DNA of 64,000 nt from Balanoglossus misakiensis (taxonomy: Eukaryota; Animalia; Hemichordata): the NCBI GenBank assembly GCA_040954595.2, contig CM082593.2, positions 11,607,477 to 11,671,476 on the forward strand, given 5' to 3'. Every line of letters begins with the position of its first letter. The stretch's first letter is position 1. The position numbers were made by a program, and so were the translations under genes. The notes below the pieces were generated by a model, which was not told where the DNA came from, did not search any database, and saw only the letters and a list, made by a program, of their open reading frames with translations. This document shows, piece after piece, positions 12,609 through 24,237 of the stretch.

Positions 12609-13944
12609 TTAAATTCGGGCTTTCTCTATAAATTGACAGGCAATAATGCAGTCCTACCCGAACAAATGTCGAGTGTTGACCCGCTGTGACTTTCCCTCTT
12701 CGGTTTGCCCGACTTAGCCAACGTCTTTGTACTAGAGTGTCGGGTCTTTTGCAGAGCCAGGCCGAAGGAAATCCGACTTGATCACCGTTGCTAACGAACG
12801 CTAGTGTCTGTCATGGTGTGCCGGGGTTTTAGTCGAGCCAGGCCGTAGGAGATCTGACTTGATCATCGTGGTCAATGTACGCGTGTTTCCGCTCTAAAGT
12901 GCCGGGGCTTCAGCTAAACCAGGCCGTAGGAAATCTGACTTGATCAACGTTGCTAACGAACGCTAGTGTCTGTCATAGTGTGCCGGGATTTTAGTCGAGC
13001 CAAGCCCTAGGAGATCAGACTTGATCAACGTGGTCTCTGTACGCGTGTTTCTGTTCTAGACTGCCAGGGCTTTAGCCAAGCCATGCCGTAGAAAATCTGA
13101 CTTGATCACCGTTGCTAACGTACGCTAGTGTCTGTCATATTGTGACGGAGATTTAGCCGAGCCAGGCCGTAGAAAAATCGACTTGTTCAACGTTACCAGT
13201 GTGCAACTGTTTCTGCTCTAGAGTGTCAGGGTTTTAGCCCACTTATGCTGTAGGAAATCTGAGTTGATGAACGCGAATTCAATGTTAGAAAACCCGTGTG
13301 GAAAGTATCTCTACCCGTTTGAAACTAAGAAAAGAATTTATTCTTATTTATTTTGTAAAAAAGACAATTTTTCGAAAAAAAGTCGAAAATGGTAATTTTG
13401 TCTTGGGTGATTCAAATTATACCGCCTTTTCTGGAATTTGCAGCACTTTTTACAAGAGAACGACACTTCATGCTCCATAATATTTCCGAAAATGAAGAAA
13501 AGAGTTTATTTTTTATGATTTTTTACAAATGTACCATTTTGTCAAAATATGGCCAAAATGGCTATTTTTTCTTGAATTCCGTCAATATCTCTGCATTTTT
13601 GGACTGGTCGAAAGTTTTAACATACAATCAACATGTCATATATGATCAGGACACCAAATTCGAAGAACAAAGGTTTTTTTATTTTTTTTTCTAAAAATGA
13701 CATTTTCAAGGAAAATTTGGTAAAACGCAATTTTGTCTGCAGTGAGCCAAATTAGACGGTCTTTTGTGGAATTTGTATCGATATATACATACGAAGAGCA
13801 TTCTATACTCCATCAGATTTCCGAAAATGTAGAAAACAGGTATTTTTTGTAATTTTCAAAAATTTACCATTTTGACCAAAGTGTGGCTAAAATTGTTATT
13901 TTCGTGTTGAATGCCGCCAGTGTCACTGCTTTTAAAAGTCATAA

Positions 13945-16209
13945 CCAGATATTAACTGAATATGCTCACGTGCAGTACTGTGATTGGTTGACAGAATAAC
14001 AAGATTAGAAAAACCAGTTTTAAACCATTTTGGTTTATAGTGTATATGGTGTAAGGGTTGTGTGTTGCACCATTGTGGAATGTTTGTGGAATTGTTGCCT
14101 TGTCAATTTTTGTAAGGGGTTAGGGACGATGTCAAATAACAAAAAATAAGTTTAGCTTGAAACCCCTGCACTCCCCCTTGTAACCTAATTGTTGAATACT
14201 GATCAGTGCCTCTTATTATTTCATTATTGTGACAACTCCATATTTAAACCATAACCAGGATAGAAAAGTACACTATCACACATATTGATATTTCGACAAT
14301 ATTTGAATGAAAACATTTCTTTTCAATTCTGAGTTTACATCAGGTCTTGATTTCTGTTCATGCCTAAGAACCTCTTTAACAAGTTTCAATAAGGAAGACA
14401 TTTTGGCAAACAACAGGAAATTCAGACAAATCTGACTGATATCACATATATGAATTCCCATTCAAAGTTTCCAATCAATTGGACTTGTGGTTTTACTGAA
14501 GACTATTTGGCCAAACCCTGCAGAAATTCCCAAAAAATACAATTATGCAAATTTCATTACAATTTGATCATATCTGACTGAGATCACCCCTAGAAACCCA
14601 AATACAAAGTATCAAAACAATTGCACTTACAGTTTCACAGGATTTGATTTTTTGACAAAAACAGGAAATATTGCCCAAAAATGCATTTTTGCAAAATTTC
14701 ACCACCGTTTGCACAAATGTGATTCAGGTAAGCCCTATGAACCTCCATACCAAGTTTCCAATCAATTGGACATGTAATTTCAGAGAAGAATTTTTTAAAC
14801 AAAACTGCAGAAAATTCCCCCAAAAATTCATAAAAAATATTTGACTACACTTCGATGCTCCGTAGAACAAAGTGTCCCCCCTGTCCCCCCCTTTTTGGTA
14901 ACGCACGTCGCCAGACTCCGTGAGAGCGATTGCATACCCTTCCTAACATACACTGTATACGAACGCGTCTGTCCTGGCTAGCAAATGAGTCGTACGATCG
15001 TCTGCCGCGCGCGCTGGGCCGGGCGCGTGCGCGCGTGCGGTTGTAGATTGCGACATCACTTCCGCGGCGCTAGTGCGTTCGCTCGCATATTTTGCAAGTC
15101 CAGCTGTAGCTAGGCCGTCCGTGAGTGTAGTTCTCGTTCATATACAAAAAAACACGAAATAACTTATTGTGTGTTCGTTTAGGCCTATGCTAAATTATCC
15201 ATACACTTTATTGTTCCATGACGCCCGTGGTCAAAGTACGTAGTCTCTGTGATAAGATTCCATACACACAAAATGGTAACCTTGGAAGTCCAGCTGACAT
15301 AGTTATGCAATGGCGTCTCGTGTATTCCGTCGCCAAAAAATCATCGTAAAATTGATAGTCGGGGTCACAATTCAAGACGACTTTCTCTAAATTCTTTATG
15401 AATGGATTAAATCGAAATCGAAATGTTGACGTATGACGTACGGAATGAGATCTGAACAGACATTCAATGTTATCATTCTCGCTCGATCACATATTGGGTA
15501 GGCCATCTAGCAATCGCTATATAGTATTGGCGATAACAGACTGTCTATAAACACACAAAACGGATTTTACTGTTGAGTGTGATCAACCGCCATGTTATTT
15601 TTCTCTGAACAATAGACAAATAGAAAGCCTGGTGACATTTTGAGATTGACTGCGTGAGGACCACAATATGCGTGAATCATTTACGGTTTGTCTTGATGAA
15701 TGGGTCACGTCATAGTCATAACGCGGATTCGGCTGCACGCCAACTATCCGCCATATTGTCTCCACTAACTTACTCGTAAGTAGTTTCAAACTTCATTTGA
15801 AAAGATTATTCGTCTGACGGTCCTGTAGATTAACAATTTACGTTCTATGAAGCAGCTAAACAACGTTAGCTTCCTTGTGGATTCACGTAGGGAAGTTATT
15901 CGTAACGACGGGTACAGCGTGGACAGAACCACGGCAATATCGCCAGGAATGTCTCATTTCACAGCGCCCTCAAACAGTCGATCTCCTCAAACTATCGTTT
16001 CCACTGGTCATATATGCGGCATTAACGAAAGCTCTCATAGACAACCATGTAATAGAAAAATTAAAACTTTAATAACTTCATTAATATCAAAGCCACACCC
16101 ACCAAAACCTTTTCAGTTCTTGCCATATAATATCTGAACCTGTGTACTAAATTTGGTTGAAATCGGTTCAGCGGTTCTTGAGATATCGGGTATACAGACA
16201 GACACACAC

Positions 16210-16244
<35 letters not shown>

Positions 16245-16283
16245 CATCGCTAAACCATAAGCTCACGTGATTTTCACGTGAGC
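13945..16283 (-). mobile_element. Helentron/DINE-1-like (HINE) non-autonomous element, ~2.3 kb
   Basis: The minus-strand 5' end reads TTTT-AGCTCACGTG-AAAAT-CACGTGAGCT (hairpin), then a (GT)n/(GTAT)n/(GTCT)n microsatellite and CCGATTTCAACCAAATTT. A matching subterminal GCTCACGTG lies at 13964-13972 with a short terminal stem-loop. The element sits in the T-run (plus-strand CATAAAAAC) of the satellite. Confidence 0.75.
16195..16246. repeat. (CA)n/(TACA)n compound microsatellite
   Basis: Seen directly; part of the HINE 5' region. Confidence 0.9.
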
Positions 16284-17208
16284 TAAAAACTTTTAACATA
16301 CATGCAATTGTTTATATATGATCAGGTCACCGAATTAAAAAAATAAAGAATATTTTGCCTAAAAATGACCTTTTTGGTGCAAAAACGAATAAAACGCAAT
16401 TTTGTATTAAATCAGAGTGCATTTTTTATAATCAGCACCATTTTTACATATAATGGAAATTTCATACATCATCAGATATCCAAATATGAAAAAATGATTT
16501 AGATTTTAGATGATTGTCCAAAATTAGCTGATATCTAATAAATGTAGTATTGAACCGTTCTGTCCCCCCCCCCCTACATTATATGCGGTACGCCGATGTC
16601 AGCTTACCCGGCAGTACTGCAGGCCGTGCCCCCAACTAACGTCGGTGTTTGAAACGCCCTGGTTAAATTCGGGCTTTCTCTATAAATTGACAGGCAATAA
16701 TGCAGTCCTACCCGAACAAATGTCGAGTGTTGAACCGCTGTGACTTTCCCTCTTCGGTTTGCCCGACTTGCCGACGTCTTTGTACTAGAGTGTCGGGTCT
16801 TTTGCAGAGCCAGGCCGAAGGAAATCCGACTTGATCACCGTTGCTAACGAACGCTAGTGTCTGTCATGGTGTGCCGGGGTTTTAGTCGAGCCAGGCCGTA
16901 GGAGATCTGACTTGATCATCGTGGTCAATGTACGCGTGTTTCCGCTCTAAAGTGCCGGGGCTTCAGCTAAACCAGGCCGTAGGAAATCCGACGTAATCAC
17001 CGTTGATAACTTACGCCAGTCTGTGTCATATAGAGCCGGTGCACCAGCCAAGTCACGCCGTAGCAAAATCTGACTTGATCAACGTGGTCTCTGTACGCGT
17101 GTTTCTGCTCTAGAGTGCCAGGGCTTTAGCCAAGCCAGGCCGTAGGAAACCCGACGTGATTACCGTTGTTTACTTACGCCAGTCTGTGTCCTATATATAG
17201 ACACACAC

Positions 17209-17241
<33 letters not shown>

Positions 17242-18206
17242 TCGCTAAACCATAAGCTCACGTGATTTTCACGTGAGCTAAAAACTTTTAACATACATGC
17301 AATTGTTTATATATGATCAGGTCACCGAATTAAAAAAATAAAGAATATTTTGCCTAAAAATGACCTTTTTGGTGCAAAAACGAATAAAACGCAATTTTGT
17401 ATTAAATCAGAGTGCATTTTTTATAATCAGCACCATTTTTACATATAATGGAAATTTCATACATCATCAGATATCCAAATATGAAAAAATGATTTAGATT
17501 TTAGATGATTGTCCAAAATTAGCTGATATCTAATAAATGTAGTATTGAACCGTTCTGTCCCCCCCCCCCCCCTACATTATATGCGGTACGCCGATGTCAG
17601 CTTACCCGGCAGTACTGCAGGCCGTGCCCCCAACTAACGTCGGTGTTTGAAACGCCCTGGTTAAATTCGGGCTTTCTCTATAAATTGACAGGCAATAATG
17701 CAGTCCTACCCGAACAAATGTCGAGTGTTGAACCGCTGTGACTTTCCCTCTTCGGTTTGCCCGACTTGCCAACGTCTTTGTACTAGAGTGTCGGGTCTTT
17801 TGCAGAGCCAGGCCGAAGGAAATCCGACTTGATCACCGTTGCTAACGAACGCTAGTGTCTGTCATGGTGTGCCGGGGTTTTAGTCGAGCCAGGCCGAAGG
17901 AGATCTGACTTGATCATCGTGGTCAATGTACGCGTGTTTCCGCTCTAAAGTGCCGGGGCTTCAGCTAAACCAGGCCGTAGGAAATCCGACGTAATCACCG
18001 TTGATAACTTACGCCAGTCTGTGTCATATAGAGCCGGTGCACCAGCCAAGTCACGCCGTAGCAAAATCTGACTTGATCAACGTGTTCTCTGTACGCGTGT
18101 TTCTGCTCTAGAGTGCCAGGGCTTTAGCCAAGCCAGGCCGTAGGAAACCCGACGTGATTACCGTTGTTTACTTACGCCAGTCTGTGTCCTATATATAGAC
18201 ACACAC

Positions 18207-18242
<36 letters not shown>

Positions 18243-18285
18243 CGCTAAACCATAAGCTCACGTGATTTTCACGTGAGCTAAAAAC
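16200..18285. repeat. ~1.0 kb tandem repeat made of the HINE end plus a partial satellite unit
   Basis: The HINE end recurs at ~16200, ~17199 and ~18198. The last two copies share the junction CCTATATATAG|ACACACAC. Confidence 0.85.
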
Positions 18286-21200
18286 TTTTAACATACATGC
18301 AATTGTTTATATATGATCAGGTCACCGAATTAAAAAAATAAAGAATATTTTGCCTAAAAATGACCTTTTTGGTGCAAAAACGAATAAAACGCAATTTTGT
18401 ATTAAATCAGAGTGCATTTTTTATAATCAGCACCATTTTTACATATAATGGAAATTTCATACATCATCAGATATCCAAATATGAAAAAATGATTTAGATT
18501 TTAGATGATTGTCCAAAATTAGCTGATATCTAATAAATGTAGTATTGAAGCGGTCTGTTCCCCCCCCCCCCCTACATTATATGCGGTACGCCGATGTCAG
18601 CTTACCCGGCAGTACTGCAGGCCGGGCCCCCAACTAACGTCGGTGTTTGAAACGCCCTGGTTAAATTCGGGCTTTCTCTATAAATTGACAGGCAATAATG
18701 CAGTCCTACCCGAACAAATGTCGAGTGTTGACCCGCTGTGACTTTCCCTCTTCGGTTTGCCCGACTTAGCCAACGTCTTTGTACTAGAGTGTCGGGTCTT
18801 TTGCAGAGCCAGGCCGAAGGAAATCCGACTTGATCACCGTTGATAACGAACGCTAGTGTCTGTCATGGTGTGCCGGGGTTTTAGTCGAGCCAGGCCGTAG
18901 GAGATCTGACTTGATCATCGTGGTCAATGTACGCGTGTTTCCGCTCTAAAGTGCCGGAGCTTCAGCTAAACCAGGCCGTAGGAAATCCGACGTAATCACC
19001 GTTGATAACTTACGCCAGTCTGTGTCATATAGAGCCGGTTCACCAGCCGAGCCAGGCCGAAGGAAATGTGAGTAGATCAACGTGGTCTCTGTACACGTGT
19101 TTCTGCTCTAGAGTGCCAGGGCTTTAGCCAAGCCATGCTGTAGGAAATCTGACTTGATCAACGTTGCTAACGAACGCTAGTGTCTGTCATAGTGTGCCGG
19201 GGTTTTAGTCGAGCCAAGCCGTAGGAGATCAGACTTGATCAACGTGGTCTCTGTACGCGTGTTTCTGCTCTAGAGTGCCGGGGCTTTATCCAAGCCATGC
19301 CGTAGAAAATCTGACTTGATCACCGTTGCTAACGTACGCTAGTGTCTGTCATATTGTGACGGAGATTTAGCCGAGCCAGGCCGTAGAAAAATCGACTTGT
19401 TCAACGTTACCAGTGTGCAACTGTTTCTGCTCTAGAGTGTCAGGGTTTTAGCCGACTTATGCTGTAGGAAATCTGAGTTGATGAATGGGAATTCAATGTT
19501 AGAAAACCCGTGTGGAAAGTATCTCTACCCGTTTGAAACTAAGAAAAGAATTTATTCTTATTTATTTTGTAAAAAAGACAATTTTTCGAAAAAAAAAGTC
19601 GAAAATGGTAATTTTGTCTTGGGTGATTCAAATTATACCGCCTTTTCCGGAATTTGCAGCACTTTTTACAAGAGAACGACACTTCATGCTCCATAATATT
19701 TCCGAAAATGAAGAAAAGAGTTATTTTTTTATGATTTTTTATAAATTTACCATTTTTGTCAAAATATGGCCAAAATGGCTATTTTTTTTGAATTCCATCA
19801 ATATCTCTGCATTTTTGGAGTGGTCGAAAGTTTTAACATATAATCAACATGTCATATATGATCAGGGCACCAAATTCGAAGAACAAAGGTTTTTTTTTTT
19901 TTTCTAAAAATGACATTTTCAAGGAAAATTTGGTAAAACGCAATTTTGTCTGCAGTGAGCCAAATTGGCCGTTTTTTGAGGAATTTGTATCGATATATAT
20001 ATACGAAGAGCATTCTATACTCCATCAGATTTCCGAAAATGTAGAAAACAGGTATTTTTTTGTAATTTTCAAAAATTTACCATTTTGACCAAATTGTGGC
20101 TAAAATTGTTATTTTCGTGTTGAATGCCGCCAGTGTCACTGCTTTTAAAAGTCATAAAAACTTTTAACATACAAGCAATTGTTTATATATGATCAGGTCA
20201 CCGAATTAAAAAAATAAAGAATGTTTTGCCTAAAAATGACCTTTTTGGTGCAAAAACGAATAAAACGCAATTTTGTATTAAATCAGAGTGCATTTTTTAT
20301 AATCAGCACCATTTTTACATATAATGGAAATTTCATACATCATCAGATATCCAAATATGAAAAAATGATTTAGATTTTAGATGATTGTCGAAAATTAGCT
20401 GATATATAATACATGTAGTATTGAACCACTCTGTTTCCCCCCCCCCCCCTACACACATGCGATTCCCCGTGTTAGACTAATGGGATTTGGTTTGAGGAAA
20501 GAAATAACAAACAACAAACAGAACGAGAATTACAATAGAGCGAGAATTTGTGGTAATTTACGAGACTTCGTTCGGCATGCCTCAGAATCGGTACAATTTC
20601 CTTGGATTGGTGAAGAATCGCTTGAACTTGCGGGAAAAATGAACGTATCCACAGGATTCACTAACCATCTATCCTTCCCAGGAGGCAGTGGCATGAAAAA
20701 CTGTGCGACCGTTTGTGAGTAGCGAGCGATTAATGGTCGCAATGCGTGGCCGCGCAGTTCTAATATGGCGGCGATCATATTTTGGTGAGATTCGAACTGT
20801 AATGTATTTTTCGATGCAGATTTTGAAATAATAATCGCATTGCAACTGCAACAGACAAGTTTTTTCATGATTGTTGTCTATTTATTAATCGTTTTATGTG
20901 AGTTTTGTGTCGTCGGATTTTGTATTATTCTGGCGTATTTTCTCGAAGTACGCGGAAGTGAGAAGCCCTACTCTATGTGTGGTATGCGTGTGACGAATAC
21001 ATGTGTTGTGTTCTATTATGTCCCTGTCGCTATGGACACGGCGTCTACCGGTGTAAACAGAAAAAAGTGCGCCACTTTTGAAGTTTGACGTCTGTGCGGT
21101 CGGCTCGCGTCACCATGTACAGAAATATAGAGTTTCATCGAAATTTAGTTTCAAAACGATGCCGAATTTGTGCAGAGAAGCTATCGAACAACACCAGGTA

Positions 21201-21652
21201 TGAGAAAACACCAGAAATTGTCGAGGGCTTTGGTGTCAACCTCGATGATGATTGTGAAACCATTCACCCTAATTTCATATGTAAGGATTGTAAGCGAGTG
21301 TCTGAACAACACAAGAAGGCAAAGATTGTTGGTAGATCATATGCCACCAAGATAAAAGTATTTGACTGGACAAAACACACCAGGATTCTGGATAGGAGGG
21401 TGTACTGTGTGTTCTGTGTTGTGTAAGGGTGGCAGGAAAAGGCAATTGAAAGGACGGTCAAAATATGTAAACGTGCCAAAGGGCTTACAGGATGGAGAAA
21501 CCAGCAAGACCGTTGAATTAGAAGACGAAAGGAAGCGACAAGACACATAGGCGTTGTGTAACAGTGCACGCTTAAGAGCAAGCAAACGGTTTCGCCATGA
21601 ACTGGAACTGAGCCATGAGAGGTTCAAGAGCCCTGTATCAAAAGACTTTGAA

Positions 21653-21928
21653 TGTCCGATTTGTAAAAGTGTCACAGATAGCTGTTTACAGGTTTTATGT
21701 GAGGGGCCCCATACTTTCTGTTGTGAATGTCTATGTGAGTGGCGTGTACAGTCTCCGTCTCATACATGTCCAGTTTGTCGTGTTCCTATATCTGTGTCAT
21801 CAATTGTTAGTGTTCCAATTGTAGTTACAAATGTCTTGTCATCCCTTGTTGTATCTTGTGACAATGTCATGTATGGGTGCACCTCTCATATGCCCCTGGA
21901 AGAGTTATCTGTACATATGCAGCAATGC
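21653..21928 (+). other. C3HC4-type RING finger plus adjacent zinc finger coding segment (RAG1 zinc-dimerisation-domain-like)
   Basis: CPICKSVTDSCLQVLCEGPHTFCCECLCEWRVQSPSHTCPVCR ... LSSLVVSCDNVMYGCTSHMPLEELSVHMQQC in ORF 21554-22183. Confidence 0.85.
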
Positions 21929-24198
21929 AAATTTTCATTGCCATTATATCGCGACCACGACTATTGTAAAATAGTCAAAGATCATGAAGCAACAGAGCAA
22001 ACTTCGCCACTACAGTCAACTACCACAGCTACTTCTACAATTCTGGATAGAATGCATCAGTTCAGAGAATACAGAGAGTTTGAAGTCCTGGCTACCAGAA
22101 TTCTGAAAGAAAAGATGAGCATGGCAGAGGACAACACCGTTAGATTTAAGACAGGGGGACAAGTGAGTATGAGATCCGTTTAAAAAGCTGTTTCAAGATT
22201 TACCTTTGAAATCATGTCACTGTGTGTATGTCAAAATTATATTGCTAGTCAAACCCAATCATTGATACATAAAGGATAGCAAAACTATATCATGTTTAAA
22301 AACACTGTAAAGAAGGAAATTCTATCATTTACTTTGCAGCCTTTAATCATGGCAAAAATAACCAAACCGCGTATAACAAGCCAGGACTGTAGTAAATATA
22401 CATTAATAGAGAGGTCGAAGAGTTTGAAAGAAGTAAGAGAGACAGTCAGTGGTGGAGGCGATTCCTCCACTATACAAGCTGGTGCTGACTTCAAAAGTAT
22501 GGGCAAAGAAAATAAGGAATCAATTCTGGAATCACTCGGCATAGCAGCTAACGCACCACCTGGTGCTGGGTTACTTTTGAAAACCGAACTTGATATCACT
22601 TGGTCAACATTGAGGAAATTACGAAGGTAGGCGAAATTGGTACTGTGAAGGTACATGTTATTGCATGAAGTCCATACTCATAATGCATAATGTACAATAG
22701 TTTAGTCAGCAAAACACATGTTTCATGAAAATCAATAGACCTTAAAATATTTCACAAGTGCCCATTTTTGAACGACTCATTGAAAGCATTTTACCTACAA
22801 TATAAAGTTGCTTTTAGAAAATGTGTCTCATAAATTTGTTGATTTCTTTTTATTTGACTAGTACATCAAAGCTTGTTTCACACAAGGGTATCCCTGCAAA
22901 TGAGATCTGGATTAAAGTTGGTGGTGATCACGGAGGTGGCTCAATGAAATAAACCTTCCAGATCCTCAACGTTGAACAACCTAACAGTGTTGAAAACACA
23001 GTTGTTTGGAATTTGTTCCTAGCTGGTGACAGCTACAGAAACCTCCGCAGAGCAATGACTGTGAATTCAGGCCAAATAGATCTGCTCGATGAACACAAAT
23101 GGAAGTAAGTACCTTTCTGTTTTTATTTACATCTTGTTTCACTTGCTAAGGGTAATGACTGTATTTTGTCATGAATGAATATTATCTTTGTATTTAATTC
23201 TTTTTATGTGCACTGTTTAGGGAATGGTTACTCCGCGTACACATTACTGGTGACTATGAGTACCTTTGTAAGAGCTACGGGTTGTCTGGAGCAAGTGGCA
23301 GGTGCTCAATTTACGTCTTGTCAAATAATGCATTTTGCAGTTGGATACTCTAACTTTCAAAATTTCATCTTTCGAAAAACAACAAATCAATTGTGTTTGA
23401 CAGGAAAGTACTTCTGTCTGTGGTGCCTGATTACCAAGGAAACATCACTTTTGGACCCTGAGCGCAGACCACCCATTCCAGCGAGGACGCTCACCCGGAT
23501 TCATCAAGACTATGCCCGGTTTACAGAGAAAGGATCAAACCTGAAAGATGCGAAAGAATTTAACAACTGTATACGTAAACCATTGTTCAATATCCCACTT
23601 AAAAGGGTTAGTGAAATTGACATTCATCAACAATATTAATATTTCTTTTTTCTCAACCAGATCTTTTAGATTATTATATTAGTATTTAAAGCTTCATTTA
23701 GCAACTTTTGTCAGTATTTTTATTTTGTTAAAAAGTGTGTACCTTGAGTCCCCCACCCCCATATGAAACGTTTATTATTAATTTGCTCAGTTAACCTCAT
23801 ATATGTGAGTGCGAGCATGGTTGTTTATGCTAAAAAGTGATTTCATGTCAAGAAGATACTGACAAAAGTAGCCTAAAGTTACAGATATTGTCCCTCTAAT
23901 GATCTTCTTCATATACACTTAGGTTGCTCTGCCAGTGTTACACATTTCTCTTGGAATTTTTCACCGATGGTTTAAGATGCTGCAAGAGGCATGCAGATTG
24001 CATGATGTTGAAATCTTCCTGCGTTTAGCAAGAGAGGATGATATTGATGAGCCCGTTCTGCCCTGTGAGTTGTTTGACGAGTATGTCAACATCATCAACA
24101 AAATCATGAAAGAAGAATCCTTACTGGCTGAGCTACAGGATAGGGCAGAAAGTGTTAGAGGTGCCATTGACAAAGCAATGTTACTGGAAGAAAGTGGG

Positions 24199-24237
24199 GA
24201 CGACGATGATGATGATGATGATGACGACAATGACGAC
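24199..24237 (+). repeat. (GAT/GAC)n repeat encoding a poly-Asp tract inside RAG1-like exon 6
   Basis: GACGACGATGATGATGATGATGATGACGACAATGACGAC. Confidence 0.85.

Noticed and set aside
20461-20500. Canonical 12/23 RSS
   Set aside because: There is no ACAAAAACC-like nonamer at a 12 or 23 bp spacing.
21554-22183. Stand-alone host RING/TRAF-type E3 ligase gene
   Set aside because: It is flanked by the RAG1-type N-terminal Zn domain and spliced in phase to a transposase core inside a satellite insertion.
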